Made by a program: the position numbers and the translations under genes. Below the pieces are notes generated by a model, which was not told where the DNA came from, ran no database searches, and saw only the letters and a program-made list of their open reading frames with translations. Shown in pieces: positions 18,464 through 28,309 of a stretch of 64,000 nt of DNA; within the stretch, counting starts at the first letter, position 1; each line of letters begins with the position of its first letter. This DNA comes from Candidatus Heimdallarchaeota archaeon (GTDB lineage Archaea; Asgardarchaeota; Heimdallarchaeia; Heimdallarchaeales; Heimdallarchaeaceae): NCBI GenBank assembly GCA_030603365.1, contig JAUVXV010000013.1, forward strand, positions 45,433-109,432, given 5' to 3'.

Positions 18464-19696
18464 ATGAATAAAAAAGGACTAATTTTGATATTCCTTTTCC
18501 TAGTTTCTGCCGTCGGTGCTGTAACTGTAACACAAGCAGCTACTGACAATCAAGTCGAGATTAACTTCAAATATGTCCCATCAGCTTATGTGCCAATGGG
18601 TGAAGTATATGTCGAATTTGACAGCAGATACTTGGATGACAGTAATGTATTTGGAGAAAATGACGACCTTTACTTTGCCTTCTTCTATGATGTAGCTGTT
18701 GAAGCATATTTTGGTGGTGCTGTCACATACGGTGGCGGAGCACAACCAGATAACTGGTTTTACGATGTCCAGGACCTCAACAGTAGTTGTCAATACACCG
18801 AAACAAGAGTTGTCGGAGCATTCAACGTGTTCCTAGACAATTTTGATATGGGTGTAAGTAACTTTGACATAGCCGTAGATAACGGAAACTATCAAGAAAT
18901 TAAATTAAAACTTGATATTGGTTGGCACTACTTAACAATAGTAGCTGCTGAACTAGTTTCTGATTGCAATCGCACCATGTTCTGGTGGGAATATGCAAAA
19001 GATGAAAAGAAATTCTACGTAGCTAAAGATAAAAACGACATTCCTACATTAGCAGAAGATGCATGGTATAATGATGTCAGTATGACTACAACTGCAGTGA
19101 ACTCAGAAGACTTAGGTCAATATTATAATTGGACAAGTTTCCTAGCTTCCCCAAGACCAGTTGCAGAATCAACAGCAAATCAATATGCTGAAGATGACTT
19201 GGGTACGGAATTAGGACCTATAACAACAAATATTGCAGTTCAGTGGAACGCTTCTGACACAGTATTAAATTGGGTAGACGGACCTTACGGTTGGGTAGTA
19301 TATGACAACATCTATGAGATGGGGCCAACAACTCACGTGTGGTTTGTAAACAACAATGATATTGATGCAGCAAATGAAACATATGAACCTGATACTCTAA
19401 CAGGACTTCAGCAAGGACAGAACTGGGTTTACTTCGTTCTCTTTGGATTCAGAGTAGATGATTACTCACAATTATATGGAGCTCCGCTTCCTCAATTGGC
19501 AGCAGACTCAGTTGTATTTAGTGTGTATCTAGGAGAATATCCACCTGAAATAACAGAGACAGATCCATGTCCAGAGTGCCCAGAATGTACAGAGTGTGAA
19601 GAATGTATTGAACCAACTCCAGGCTTCGGTATACTTATAAGTGTCTCAATGCTCGGGCTAGCAGCCGTACTTATTCTGGTACGCAAAAGAAAATAA
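18464..19696 (+). CDS. secreted Cys-rich protein with PGF-CTERM-type anchor
   Basis: Signal peptide LILIFLFLVSAVGAVT. C-terminus CPECPECTECEECIEPTPGFGILISVSMLGLAAVLILVRKRK. Confidence 0.6.
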   Translation: MNKKGLILIFLFLVSAVGAVTVTQAATDNQVEINFKYVPSAYVPMGEVYVEFDSRYLDDSNVFGENDDLYFAFFYDVAVEAYFGGAVTYGGGAQPDNWFYDVQDLNSSCQYTETRVVGAFNVFLDNFDMGVSNFDIAVDNGNYQEIKLKLDIGWHYLTIVAAELVSDCNRTMFWWEYAKDEKKFYVAKDKNDIPTLAEDAWYNDVSMTTTAVNSEDLGQYYNWTSFLASPRPVAESTANQYAEDDLGTELGPITTNIAVQWNASDTVLNWVDGPYGWVVYDNIYEMGPTTHVWFVNNNDIDAANETYEPDTLTGLQQGQNWVYFVLFGFRVDDYSQLYGAPLPQLAADSVVFSVYLGEYPPEITETDPCPECPECTECEECIEPTPGFGILISVSMLGLAAVLILVRKRK

Positions 19697-19714
19697 AATT
19701 AGGTGAGCTTAAAT

Positions 19715-21703
19715 ATGAAAAATAAATCAGCGATTTTCGCATTACTTATAGCCACTAGCTTACTCACAATGAGTGTTTTTAATGCAAACGTACAAGTACA
19801 AGGTGCTGACGCTATCGCCAACATAGTCTTCAAGACTAACGGTGGTGGTGTAAGACCTGACTATGGTTTGTTCATTGCACAATATCTACGTGATTTAGGT
19901 ATAGAAGTAGAAGTAAAAGTCGAAGAATGGTCCGTATTCGTAGGAACATTGATTCTGACACACGATTTCGATATCGGTGTAGTCGGTTTATCCGGTGGTG
20001 GAGCATCTCCAGACATGAGAGATGTGTATGCCGAAGGCGGATCATTGAACCTATTCGGGTTAGGTCCAGATTTACCATATGGTAATCAAAGCGAACAAAT
20101 GCAAGATATCGGTGTAACTATTACTGATCTTGATGCCAGACAACAACATTATTACGATTGGCAACAACTAATGATGGATAAACTTATCCCAATATTACCA
20201 TTGTTTTCCCCCAGATCTTATGTAGCAACATGGGCAAATACAATGGGATATGAAGGTAGATGGGGAATAGTTGATTCCTTGCCATATATGTACTATGATG
20301 GCTATCACGAAGGTCAAGTATCACTTACCGAATTCACCATTGCAGACGCAAATTGGAGAGAACTCAACCCATTGTTCACAGATGATACATCAAGTTCATT
20401 CATCTGGAATTTAATGTCTGAACCAATTCTAACATTCAGTCCAGATCTTGCACCTCTAAAAACTGGTCTAGTTATCGATTGGGAACAAATTGACGAATTC
20501 CATTGGAAATTCTATATGAGAGATGATGTCTATTGGAACCCATCCTACAACGTTACTGGAAGAACAGCAAACTCTGACCCACTAAGTGCTATACCAACTA
20601 GTGAATTGATGCTAGGTTTGAAAGCTGGAGATTACAGCGATGGTACTAACCAACAAGTTACTGCAAAAGATGCCGTATTTACCTATCTAGTTTGGTCAAA
20701 CGCAGTAGTCAGTGAAAGTACAACTTATCATGATTGGATATCAGAATGTTATGTAGATCCAGTAAATGAATTAGCTTTCCACGTTCATATAGATGGTAAT
20801 CCAGACACTCCTGATGTAGAACAATATGTAGACTTTTGGGCAAGACTCCCATGGGATATTATGCCAGAATTCTTCTTGAACTCAACCGACCCAACTGTAA
20901 CATACACAGATGGTGGAATTGAGTGTATTGGTCTATATGACTTAATGATAAACACACCTGAGTGGGTAACATTCAGTACCTCTGCATTTGGTTGTGGTAA
21001 GTATATGTTAGATTACTACATCAGAAACTCTGTTACAATTCTACAAAAGAGCCCATTCTGGTTAGGTATAGGCGCAATCGACGATACTCCTCAAGATTTA
21101 GACTTCGATACATTTATCATTCGTGTTATTCCTGATTCCTCTGCTGAATTAGCAGAATTCAAAGCAGGAAAATTGGATTGGACTGGTCTAACAGCATTCC
21201 CAGCAGAAAGAAAACAAATGCAAGCAGATCCAAGATTTGATGTGCAAACATTTATTACTAGTTCTATGACCTTCATGTTCTTCAATCTACGAAGACCATT
21301 TGTTGGTGGTTCAGATAACTTCGATTATCTTGACACTGTTGGTAAAGAGGAATATACAGTAGGTATAGCAGTACGTAAAGCAATTTGTTATGCGATTGAC
21401 AGAGCTGAGATGAACCAAGTACTACATGATGGTGAGTATCTGATAGCACACAGCGTTCTGTATCCATCCACAGCGTTCTATTACTACAACGACATCATAA
21501 AATACAATTATGATATCCGTTCCGCTTTTGAATGGTTAGGTGCTGCAGGTTATCCTGTACCAGATTTACCACCGGAAACTACTCCAGTGACATCTACTCC
21601 ATCAATACCAGTTGAAACTACTCCAACACCATTCCCATTGTTTGGTGTGATTGCTGCTATCGGTGCTGCATCCGCAATTGCATTCTATCGCAGAAGAAAA
21701 TAA
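19715..21703 (+). CDS. family-5 (OppA/DppA-like) solute-binding protein, apparently circularly permuted, with PGF-CTERM-like anchor; paralog 1
   Basis: Family-5 signature-like IDWEQIDEFHWKFYMRDDVYWNPS sits at residue ~255. The N-terminal ~200 aa resemble the C-terminal lobe of OppA/DppA (EEWSVFVGTL..DFDIGVVGLSGGGASPDMRD). C-terminus PLFGVIAAIGAASAIAFYRRRK. SD AGGTGA precedes ATG 19715. Confidence 0.65.
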   Translation: MKNKSAIFALLIATSLLTMSVFNANVQVQGADAIANIVFKTNGGGVRPDYGLFIAQYLRDLGIEVEVKVEEWSVFVGTLILTHDFDIGVVGLSGGGASPDMRDVYAEGGSLNLFGLGPDLPYGNQSEQMQDIGVTITDLDARQQHYYDWQQLMMDKLIPILPLFSPRSYVATWANTMGYEGRWGIVDSLPYMYYDGYHEGQVSLTEFTIADANWRELNPLFTDDTSSSFIWNLMSEPILTFSPDLAPLKTGLVIDWEQIDEFHWKFYMRDDVYWNPSYNVTGRTANSDPLSAIPTSELMLGLKAGDYSDGTNQQVTAKDAVFTYLVWSNAVVSESTTYHDWISECYVDPVNELAFHVHIDGNPDTPDVEQYVDFWARLPWDIMPEFFLNSTDPTVTYTDGGIECIGLYDLMINTPEWVTFSTSAFGCGKYMLDYYIRNSVTILQKSPFWLGIGAIDDTPQDLDFDTFIIRVIPDSSAELAEFKAGKLDWTGLTAFPAERKQMQADPRFDVQTFITSSMTFMFFNLRRPFVGGSDNFDYLDTVGKEEYTVGIAVRKAICYAIDRAEMNQVLHDGEYLIAHSVLYPSTAFYYYNDIIKYNYDIRSAFEWLGAAGYPVPDLPPETTPVTSTPSIPVETTPTPFPLFGVIAAIGAASAIAFYRRRK

Positions 21704-21710
21704 GTTTCAA

Positions 21711-21745
21711 TTCTCTTTTTCTTTTTTTTTATTTTTCTTGTTTTC
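21711..21745 (+). terminator. oligo-T terminator after SBP paralog 1
   Basis: TTCTCTTTTTCTTTTTTTTTTATTTTTCTTGTTTT begins 8 nt after the stop. Confidence 0.5.
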
Positions 21746-21869
21746 CGCTAAGGAAAGATTCCTGTTATAGCTAAATCATTCAGGAAAGCAATGGCAATTA
21801 CAAAGCTTCTTAGATAATTCAAAATAGCACGAAGCTAAATCTTTGTAATCTCCTATTCGTGTATCTCAT

Positions 21870-22310
21870 CTAAAAGAAGATTGCAGCGAAGATAGATGCG
21901 ATAATTAAAAATACGGATATTTTGATTAAGGGATGAATATTCTTAAAAAAAGAAATAACACTCTTGTTTTCTTGAGATTTTACAATAAATATCCTTGAGC
22001 TTCTTCCAGAATTTAGGTAGAATACAAAAAGAAGTACAAGTGCAGTGGCAATCAACATAAACATGAAAAATGCACCAAAGGAAAAAAGACTGCTTTCTGC
22101 GTTGAAAATGGTCTTGGATAAGAAATAGATTGCAACCATAAGAATAGGAGTATAGATTAAACTGCTAAAAGGAACAGAGAGTGCTATATCAAGAAAAATC
22201 CTACCTGCCGAAACCTCAAACAGATAGTCACAACGAGGACAAGAGTAGGAACGAAAACTAACATCTTTTTTACGTTTGGCTATATCAGAACCACAATAAG
22301 GGCACTTCAT
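21870..22310 (-). CDS. zinc-ribbon membrane protein
   Basis: N-terminal CPYCGSD...CPRCDY followed by three hydrophobic segments. Overlaps the upstream gene by 4 nt (operon). Confidence 0.4.
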   Translation of the reverse strand: MKCPYCGSDIAKRKKDVSFRSYSCPRCDYLFEVSAGRIFLDIALSVPFSSLIYTPILMVAIYFLSKTIFNAESSLFSFGAFFMFMLIATALVLLFVFYLNSGRSSRIFIVKSQENKSVISFFKNIHPLIKISVFLIIASIFAAIFF

Positions 22311-24481
22311 AATAACTTCCTTCTGATAATCCTTTTTCTAACAATTACTGTTGTTATGGCACCTATTGGAATCAATGCTAAGAAACTATAAGCCCATGTA
22401 TAATTTTTATCCCCAGGGAAACTATTTTTATCTAGAGGATCAGATTTAGCTGCTACTTCCTCTCCGTCGGTATAACCGTCATCATCAGTATCAGGAAGAG
22501 AGGGGTCAGTTCCATAAATGTCCACCTCTTGTACATTGGTTAGACCATCACCATCAATATCTGCATCAGCATCTGGCAAAAGAGGATTAGTATAATATCT
22601 ATACACTTCCTCACCATCCAATAACCCATCAAAATCGGTATCCGCAATTTCTGGGTCAGTTCCATAGCTTGACTCATGAACATTCAATAATCCATCCTCA
22701 TCAGGATCTTCATATGCATCATAAGGATTGTTTGGATCCAAAATATTGTCATGTTCGATTTCATAATCATCTGGTATTCCGTCTTCATCTGAATCCGATG
22801 AAAATGGATTAGTAAAATAGATAAAAATCTCTTCTCCATCTGTTAAACCATCAAAATCTGTGTCTGGATTGAGCGGGTTGGTATTATATATATCTACCTC
22901 ATCAATGTTTAAAATTGTATCTCCGTCTGTATCCGAATCTATATCTGAGGCAAGAGGATTTAGGACATATTGATTCACTTCTAAACCGTCAATAACTGTG
23001 TCACCATCGGAGTCATTATTGTAAATGTCTGTTCCAATAATTTCTTCTTCATGATCAAATAAACCGTCATTGTCACTATCATAATTCTGTGTGTGTGTTG
23101 GAGACCCTAAATCTGATATCCATGGTGCAACCCCAAAATCATTTGTTTCTTTGATTATAACATATCCACGAGCTGATACTATCACAATTTCCAATTCTTG
23201 GTCATTATCTATATCATAAATAAGTGGTGATATTTTATCTGAAATAGACAATGTCCTTGGTATTGACTCTTTAAGTATCCCATTGTGTTCTAAAATTATT
23301 GCATTAAAGTAACTTATTAGCACTATTTCTGGCATGTTATCTCTATCCAAATCAGCGATTGCTGGCGTTCCAACATATCCAGATCCTGCTAGATAGTAAA
23401 ATTCGTTCACTACCTCCTCCCCTTGGACACCATAAACAGCTAGACCATCATTTAATAATTGTAGAATCTCTAACTCTCCATCCATATCTATATCAAATAC
23501 TGTGCCTTGTGTTGTTATGTAAACTGGTAAGGGAATTTCTGTGCTCCATGTCTTGTTATTTGCTGGATTAAGAGATATTCCATGTAGAATACTGAATGTA
23601 GATGCGATAAAGAGCTCCTTTTCTCCATTATTGTTAAAATCACCAATCAATGGCATTTCTCTTAATTCTTCATCAGGGTGAATAATTTTAATAGGAAACC
23701 TTAGCGGATATCCATTCACAATTGTACCATTTAGATGCCAAGCAAAAACAAACCCATTGTCTGTCGTTACAATGATTTCAGGTTCTCCATCACCTGTTAT
23801 ATCTTCAGCAATTGGGGGAATAAAACTGACAGTGTCGTTAATTTGTATGGGCCAGTTAGTAAAATTCTGACCTTGATGATCAATATAAAAAATTGTACTA
23901 CTCTTTTTTTGGATTAAAACAAATTCTTTCTCTCCATCTTGATTCAAATCATGCATGATTGTACCCTGAATAAATTCACCAGATATATCAAATCCAAAAG
24001 TTGTATTGATCTCAGCTCTTCGGTTTACGGCAAAGAAACTAGTTATTTGTTTATCGTTTTCTGTTTTAGTATATTTGGTTATAAAACTCGGATCTGATTT
24101 ATTCAAGTCCATCCTCCCTAGAATTTCAACATCTTGCATATCCCATAGCAAGGTTAATGGCCATCCACTTGCTAATCTGTCTTTATTAAGAAAGAATACT
24201 TTTTTTCCTTCTTCTCCAGGAATATCCCCGATTATTATTGTTTCTAGAACACCATCATCATTCATATCTAGCACAAATGGAGGGATATGATAATTCAGGT
24301 TAGTTAGTAAGATTATTACTCTATCTAGATCTTCAACATAAGCTGATTTGATATTAGAATTCAAAGTATTCTTATAAGAGTTATTTAGGAAATTTATTGA
24401 ATTATTTGAGTTATATAGCGATGAATACAGGATTACTAAGAGTAACACAATTGAGAGAATTTTACCTTGTTTAGTTTTCAT
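22307..24481 (-). CDS. cell-surface protein: FG-GAP (integrin-alpha-like) beta-propeller repeats + thrombospondin type-3-like Ca-binding repeats + C-terminal TM anchor
   Basis: Seven DxNxDGxxE[IL] repeats (DMNDDGVLETI, DLNQDGEKEF, DITGDGEPEI, GDFNNNGEKEL, DIDMDGELEI, DLDRDNMPEI, DIDNDQELEI). Then at least 10 DxDxDGxxDGxE/NP repeats (DTDFDGLTDGEE, DTDDDGYTDGEE...). C-terminal TM plus RKRIIRRK. ATG at 24481. Confidence 0.55.
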   Translation of the reverse strand: MKTKQGKILSIVLLLVILYSSLYNSNNSINFLNNSYKNTLNSNIKSAYVEDLDRVIILLTNLNYHIPPFVLDMNDDGVLETIIIGDIPGEEGKKVFFLNKDRLASGWPLTLLWDMQDVEILGRMDLNKSDPSFITKYTKTENDKQITSFFAVNRRAEINTTFGFDISGEFIQGTIMHDLNQDGEKEFVLIQKKSSTIFYIDHQGQNFTNWPIQINDTVSFIPPIAEDITGDGEPEIIVTTDNGFVFAWHLNGTIVNGYPLRFPIKIIHPDEELREMPLIGDFNNNGEKELFIASTFSILHGISLNPANNKTWSTEIPLPVYITTQGTVFDIDMDGELEILQLLNDGLAVYGVQGEEVVNEFYYLAGSGYVGTPAIADLDRDNMPEIVLISYFNAIILEHNGILKESIPRTLSISDKISPLIYDIDNDQELEIVIVSARGYVIIKETNDFGVAPWISDLGSPTHTQNYDSDNDGLFDHEEEIIGTDIYNNDSDGDTVIDGLEVNQYVLNPLASDIDSDTDGDTILNIDEVDIYNTNPLNPDTDFDGLTDGEEIFIYFTNPFSSDSDEDGIPDDYEIEHDNILDPNNPYDAYEDPDEDGLLNVHESSYGTDPEIADTDFDGLLDGEEVYRYYTNPLLPDADADIDGDGLTNVQEVDIYGTDPSLPDTDDDGYTDGEEVAAKSDPLDKNSFPGDKNYTWAYSFLALIPIGAITTVIVRKRIIRRKLL

Positions 24482-24655
24482 ATAAATCAACTTTCAATTT
24501 TGAGCGTCTAGGATTTTGATTAATCTCCAATATGTTTGATATGCTAGAAATTTATCAGCCTTTATAAAACACAAGTTTCGCACATTTATTACTGTTGTCC
24601 AAATGCAAGCTTTGGAAACAAATAAAGTTAAAACTCTTAAATATACTAGTATTTT

Positions 24656-25912
24656 GTGACAGCAGAAGAGAAAGATCCTACCTATAAGGATTGGCCGTTT
24701 AGGAAACGGTTGAAATTCCAAATCACCAAATACTGGAAATATACAATAAAATGGTTTCCTTTTGCTCTCATAATAGGTGCTATTAGTGGGACTTTAATGG
24801 CTGTATTTACCAGTCTTATTGTCAATCTTGAGATAGGTCTCCATGTTATCCCTGTTTATATAAAATATCCTATTATTGGTGGTATTACTTCTTTATTGTT
24901 ATATTTTGGTTACAAAGAAGTGTATGGGGCAGGTATATCTCATGTTCTCTCTCACAAAAACACAACAACTCCTCTAAAAGCTAGAGGGTTGGTTACAAAG
25001 TTTTTTGCTAGTGTTCTAACATTAGGTGTTGGAGCACCAGCTGGAAGAGAAGGACCAGCGTTAACTCTTGGGAGTACTGCTGCGTATGTTATTGGTGATA
25101 AAATAGGTATGAGTAAAGAAGATGAAATGCATGCAATTACAATAGGAGCAGCAGCTTGTACAGCAGCTGTTTTTGGTGCTCCACTCGGTGGTACTGTGTT
25201 TGCTTCTGAAGTTCCTTACAAAAGAGATCTGGATGAAACAGTATTTCTTCCTGCACTTGTAGCAAGTGCGATTTCATTTCTAGTTTATGATTCTCTTCTA
25301 AACTTAATTCAAAAAATACCATTTCTTGAAATAGTCGGTTTCCCAAATCTCGTGATTCCTATAATACTCTCTAATGCTATGGCATTCATAATATCAATGG
25401 ATTTCAGCTTATATAGAGGACAAATTCAGAGTAAGGAAGTAATTTTACGACGAACGATACAATATACAGATGTCCTTGAAACCTTAACTGTAAGAGAATC
25501 AATGCAAGATTCTTTTGTAACAGTAAATCAAGCTGATAAACTAGAAGAAGTTTTTCAGCTTCTATATTTACATAAAATCAGTTCTCTGTCTGTTGTAAAT
25601 GATCAAAATAATCTAGTAGGAATGATAAGTGCAATAGATTTTCAACGTGGTTTTTCAAAAGGAAATACTTTAGTAAAAGATGTGATGACGAAAGAGGTAA
25701 TTACGGCATTTCCAGATGAAAGTTTATCGTTAATCTTTGATAGACTAACAACTTATAGCATTGAATGTTTACCTGTTATCGAAAGAGAGCAACCTCAAAG
25801 GATACTAGGAATATTGTCCTTTAGAGATATCGAATCAAGATATGAAACAGCGTTAACTAAAATTCATAGTAAAAGAAAACTAACCATAGAGGAAATAGAA
25901 GATGATTTTTAA
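24656..25912 (+). CDS. ClC-family (chloride channel/transporter)-like protein: one ClC repeat plus C-terminal CBS pair
   Basis: GAPAGREGPALTLG (ClC GREGP motif), upstream GAGISHV (GSGIP-like), and TIGAAACTAAVFGAPLGGTVFASE resembling ClC helix G/H. Two CBS-like segments at the C-terminus. Only about 260 aa of TM region. GTG start. Confidence 0.55.
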   Translation: MTAEEKDPTYKDWPFRKRLKFQITKYWKYTIKWFPFALIIGAISGTLMAVFTSLIVNLEIGLHVIPVYIKYPIIGGITSLLLYFGYKEVYGAGISHVLSHKNTTTPLKARGLVTKFFASVLTLGVGAPAGREGPALTLGSTAAYVIGDKIGMSKEDEMHAITIGAAACTAAVFGAPLGGTVFASEVPYKRDLDETVFLPALVASAISFLVYDSLLNLIQKIPFLEIVGFPNLVIPIILSNAMAFIISMDFSLYRGQIQSKEVILRRTIQYTDVLETLTVRESMQDSFVTVNQADKLEEVFQLLYLHKISSLSVVNDQNNLVGMISAIDFQRGFSKGNTLVKDVMTKEVITAFPDESLSLIFDRLTTYSIECLPVIEREQPQRILGILSFRDIESRYETALTKIHSKRKLTIEEIEDDF

Positions 25913-26669
25913 AACAGAACATTCTGCAATCAAAGATCTTGAGGTTCTGGATTTTAAAGAAGCAATATGGTTAACTCATTGGTATCCTCAAATTTGTCAA
26001 TTTTTGGGAATTGATCCTAAAGAAGATAAAGATGCTTTACTGAATGCTTTAGCAATAACTTCCAGTAATATTACTCCAGATGTTCTGAAGCAATTAATGC
26101 TAGATAAAAGCGTTTTTGCAATAGCTCCTGGAATTTATCTTGAAGATGAACTGGATGAATATCTTAAACGATATAATCGAAAAGAAGATATTCTGATATC
26201 AGCTGATGGAGCTACTTCCTATTTAATTTCTCAAAATATCATACCCCATATTATAGTAACCGACCTCGATGGTAATGTAGAAGACCAATTAACTGCCCAG
26301 AAGAAAGGATCGATTCTTCTGATACATGTTCATGGGGATAATTATCATAAAATTCAGAAATACTTTGAAGATATCTCAAATGGAAGATTTTTATTAACTA
26401 CTCAAATCCAACCTTTGCCAGGATCTTTTAATTTCTATGGTTTTACAGATGGCGATAGAATAGTGTGTCTCTCAACAGTGATGTCAGCTAAGGAGATATT
26501 TCTCATAGGTTATGATTTTGGTTCTGAGATAGGAAAGTATTCAAAGGATGGTTCAATTGATGATGAACTCAAAGCTAGAAAAATGAAAAAATTTATTATA
26601 GGAAAATCAGTAATAAACTGGTGTTCTAATACTGGTCAATCTATCTCATTTCTAATAAATCGTGAGTAA
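25902..26669 (+). CDS. MptE-like 6-hydroxymethyl-7,8-dihydropterin pyrophosphokinase (DUF115 family)
   Basis: ISADGATSYL, IIVTDLDGN and IHVHGDN motifs recalled for the archaeal HPPK/DUF115 family. Adjacent to a PTPS-like gene. Confidence 0.55.
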   Translation: MIFKTEHSAIKDLEVLDFKEAIWLTHWYPQICQFLGIDPKEDKDALLNALAITSSNITPDVLKQLMLDKSVFAIAPGIYLEDELDEYLKRYNRKEDILISADGATSYLISQNIIPHIIVTDLDGNVEDQLTAQKKGSILLIHVHGDNYHKIQKYFEDISNGRFLLTTQIQPLPGSFNFYGFTDGDRIVCLSTVMSAKEIFLIGYDFGSEIGKYSKDGSIDDELKARKMKKFIIGKSVINWCSNTGQSISFLINRE

Positions 26670-26672
26670 TTT

Positions 26673-27164
26673 TTATCCATGAACTGGAAATAATTCTGTT
26701 GTTACTCCCTGACCATCATATTCATACACAGTCACTGTAACTTGGCTAATGTTTTCTTGCTTTATTTCCTCATTCTTAGCCAACATTTTCACGAAATAAT
26801 GACTCAATTCTTCTACAGTAGTATTTTCAATTGGTAAGATAACAACATCAGATTTAGGGAACTCATATTCTTTGTCAATATGTGGTATATTAACAATAAG
26901 TTGATCTCCTTTCTCAGTAATGGTCATCAAGTGGTTTTTAGAAGGTATGAGAACTACATGATCAAGAGTGTCAACAATGGGCTTCATAATACGTTTTATT
27001 GTATGGAAATTGATTACCATATTATCTTTACCCTGAGTTCCATAAACGTTTACTAAAATTCTATAATTATGACCATGAAGAGGTTCATTAAAATTTTCTC
27101 CAATTACAAAGTGTGCACATGAAAAAGTTAGATAATCCCTATCCAAGAACAAATCATAAGTCAT
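26673..27164 (-). CDS. 6-pyruvoyl-tetrahydropterin synthase family protein (PTPS-III/QueD-like)
   Basis: SCAHFVIGENFNEPLHGHNYRILV (Cys plus HGH zinc/catalytic motif), about 160 aa. Confidence 0.7.
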   Translation of the reverse strand: MTYDLFLDRDYLTFSCAHFVIGENFNEPLHGHNYRILVNVYGTQGKDNMVINFHTIKRIMKPIVDTLDHVVLIPSKNHLMTITEKGDQLIVNIPHIDKEYEFPKSDVVILPIENTTVEELSHYFVKMLAKNEEIKQENISQVTVTVYEYDGQGVTTELFPVHG

Positions 27165-27215
27165 TATCTTAGTACTAATCCATTTTAATAAAAATCCTTC
27201 TTTTGAACATACTAA

Positions 27216-28151
27216 TTACTCACTACTGTCAAGAACAAAGGATTCTAGCTCTTGTATACCTAGATCTATATCAACTAGATATACTAGAAAGTCAGATAGT
27301 AAAGCAGCATATTCATTTCTTAGTTCTTTTCCTAAGCTTATTAGGTCATCAAAATTATTTATGTCATCAAGACCCCAAGAAAGAACATCACAGAGTTTTC
27401 CTATTTCGTCTTCCGTAAGAACATCTTCTGTTGCCTTTTCAAGCATTTTGATCTGGGAAAGGATTTTTTCTGAGCTTGATGATTCGTCTTCATAGATAGA
27501 TACGAGAGGAATGATACAAATGTCTAGCAATTCATGCAAAGTCATCTGAGCTTTATCTCCTAAATCAATAGCTTGGTAAGATAAATCTGTAATCTGACTG
27601 ATTAATTCTTTCTGTGTCTGTTGGTTATCACCTTCAGAAACAACTGCTTTGTGAAGATTTGTATACTCATCTTGTTTACTTAAAACAAGTTTTAGATTTT
27701 CTCTGAGATTCTCCTCAGCAGTAGATTCTGGAGAAGTTCGATAATAGATGTTTTGCCAGTTATTATTGACCAGTTCTTTAAGGTAGATTAATTCACTCCC
27801 TCTAACTAAGATGCTTTCGATTTTCTGAATAATGATTTCCCGTTCATTCATTCCTTTTAGATAAGCTCTTTCTACTTCTTCTTCAAATTCTGTTTTGGTT
27901 CTTCCTCCAGAACGAAGGTAGTCTACTATTGAGCTCTGATAAAATGTTCGTGCAAGCATAGACATAGCCGACAATAATGACGTTCTTAATGTATAAAGAC
28001 TGTCCTCATTTGAACTAAGAAAGCGATCAATAGAGGATAGGATACTATTCATTAATGTGTAAATGTGTCGGAGTGTCCTGTAATTCAATCTGTCAAGGAA
28101 TTTTCCTAAAACAGTCTGCCTCTCCAGAACCGCCTCTATATCTTCTTGCAT
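27216..28151 (-). CDS. hypothetical alpha-helical protein
   Basis: Long ORF, no motif recognised. Confidence 0.4.
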   Translation of the reverse strand: MQEDIEAVLERQTVLGKFLDRLNYRTLRHIYTLMNSILSSIDRFLSSNEDSLYTLRTSLLSAMSMLARTFYQSSIVDYLRSGGRTKTEFEEEVERAYLKGMNEREIIIQKIESILVRGSELIYLKELVNNNWQNIYYRTSPESTAEENLRENLKLVLSKQDEYTNLHKAVVSEGDNQQTQKELISQITDLSYQAIDLGDKAQMTLHELLDICIIPLVSIYEDESSSSEKILSQIKMLEKATEDVLTEDEIGKLCDVLSWGLDDINNFDDLISLGKELRNEYAALLSDFLVYLVDIDLGIQELESFVLDSSE

Positions 28152-28309
28152 TAGTGAATATGTGATGGTGACACTTAAATAAAAGCCTTATCTTTTGGAA
28201 GAAGCGAATTTAAGGACATTTAAGTGAATAATCTTAATTTCCTTCTATAGAATTTAAATTATGTCTGATAGAATGAGAAAAAAATGAAGAGAAACATATT
28301 TTTACATTA

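Larger units (their letters stand above)
19699..21745 (+). repeat. copy 1 of an inverted duplication of about 2 kb (SBP gene with its RBS and T-rich terminator)
   Basis: Long stretches nearly identical to the reverse complement of 28900..30950. The mirrored antisense 68-aa ORFs 19872..20078 and 30571..30777 have near-identical proteins. Confidence 0.8.

Noticed and set aside
19872-20078. Paired 68-aa ORFs (19872..20078 on the minus strand and 30571..30777 on the plus strand) with near-identical proteins.
   Set aside because: They are mirror-image antisense artefacts of the duplicated SBP genes. They are useful only as evidence of the inverted duplication, not as genes.
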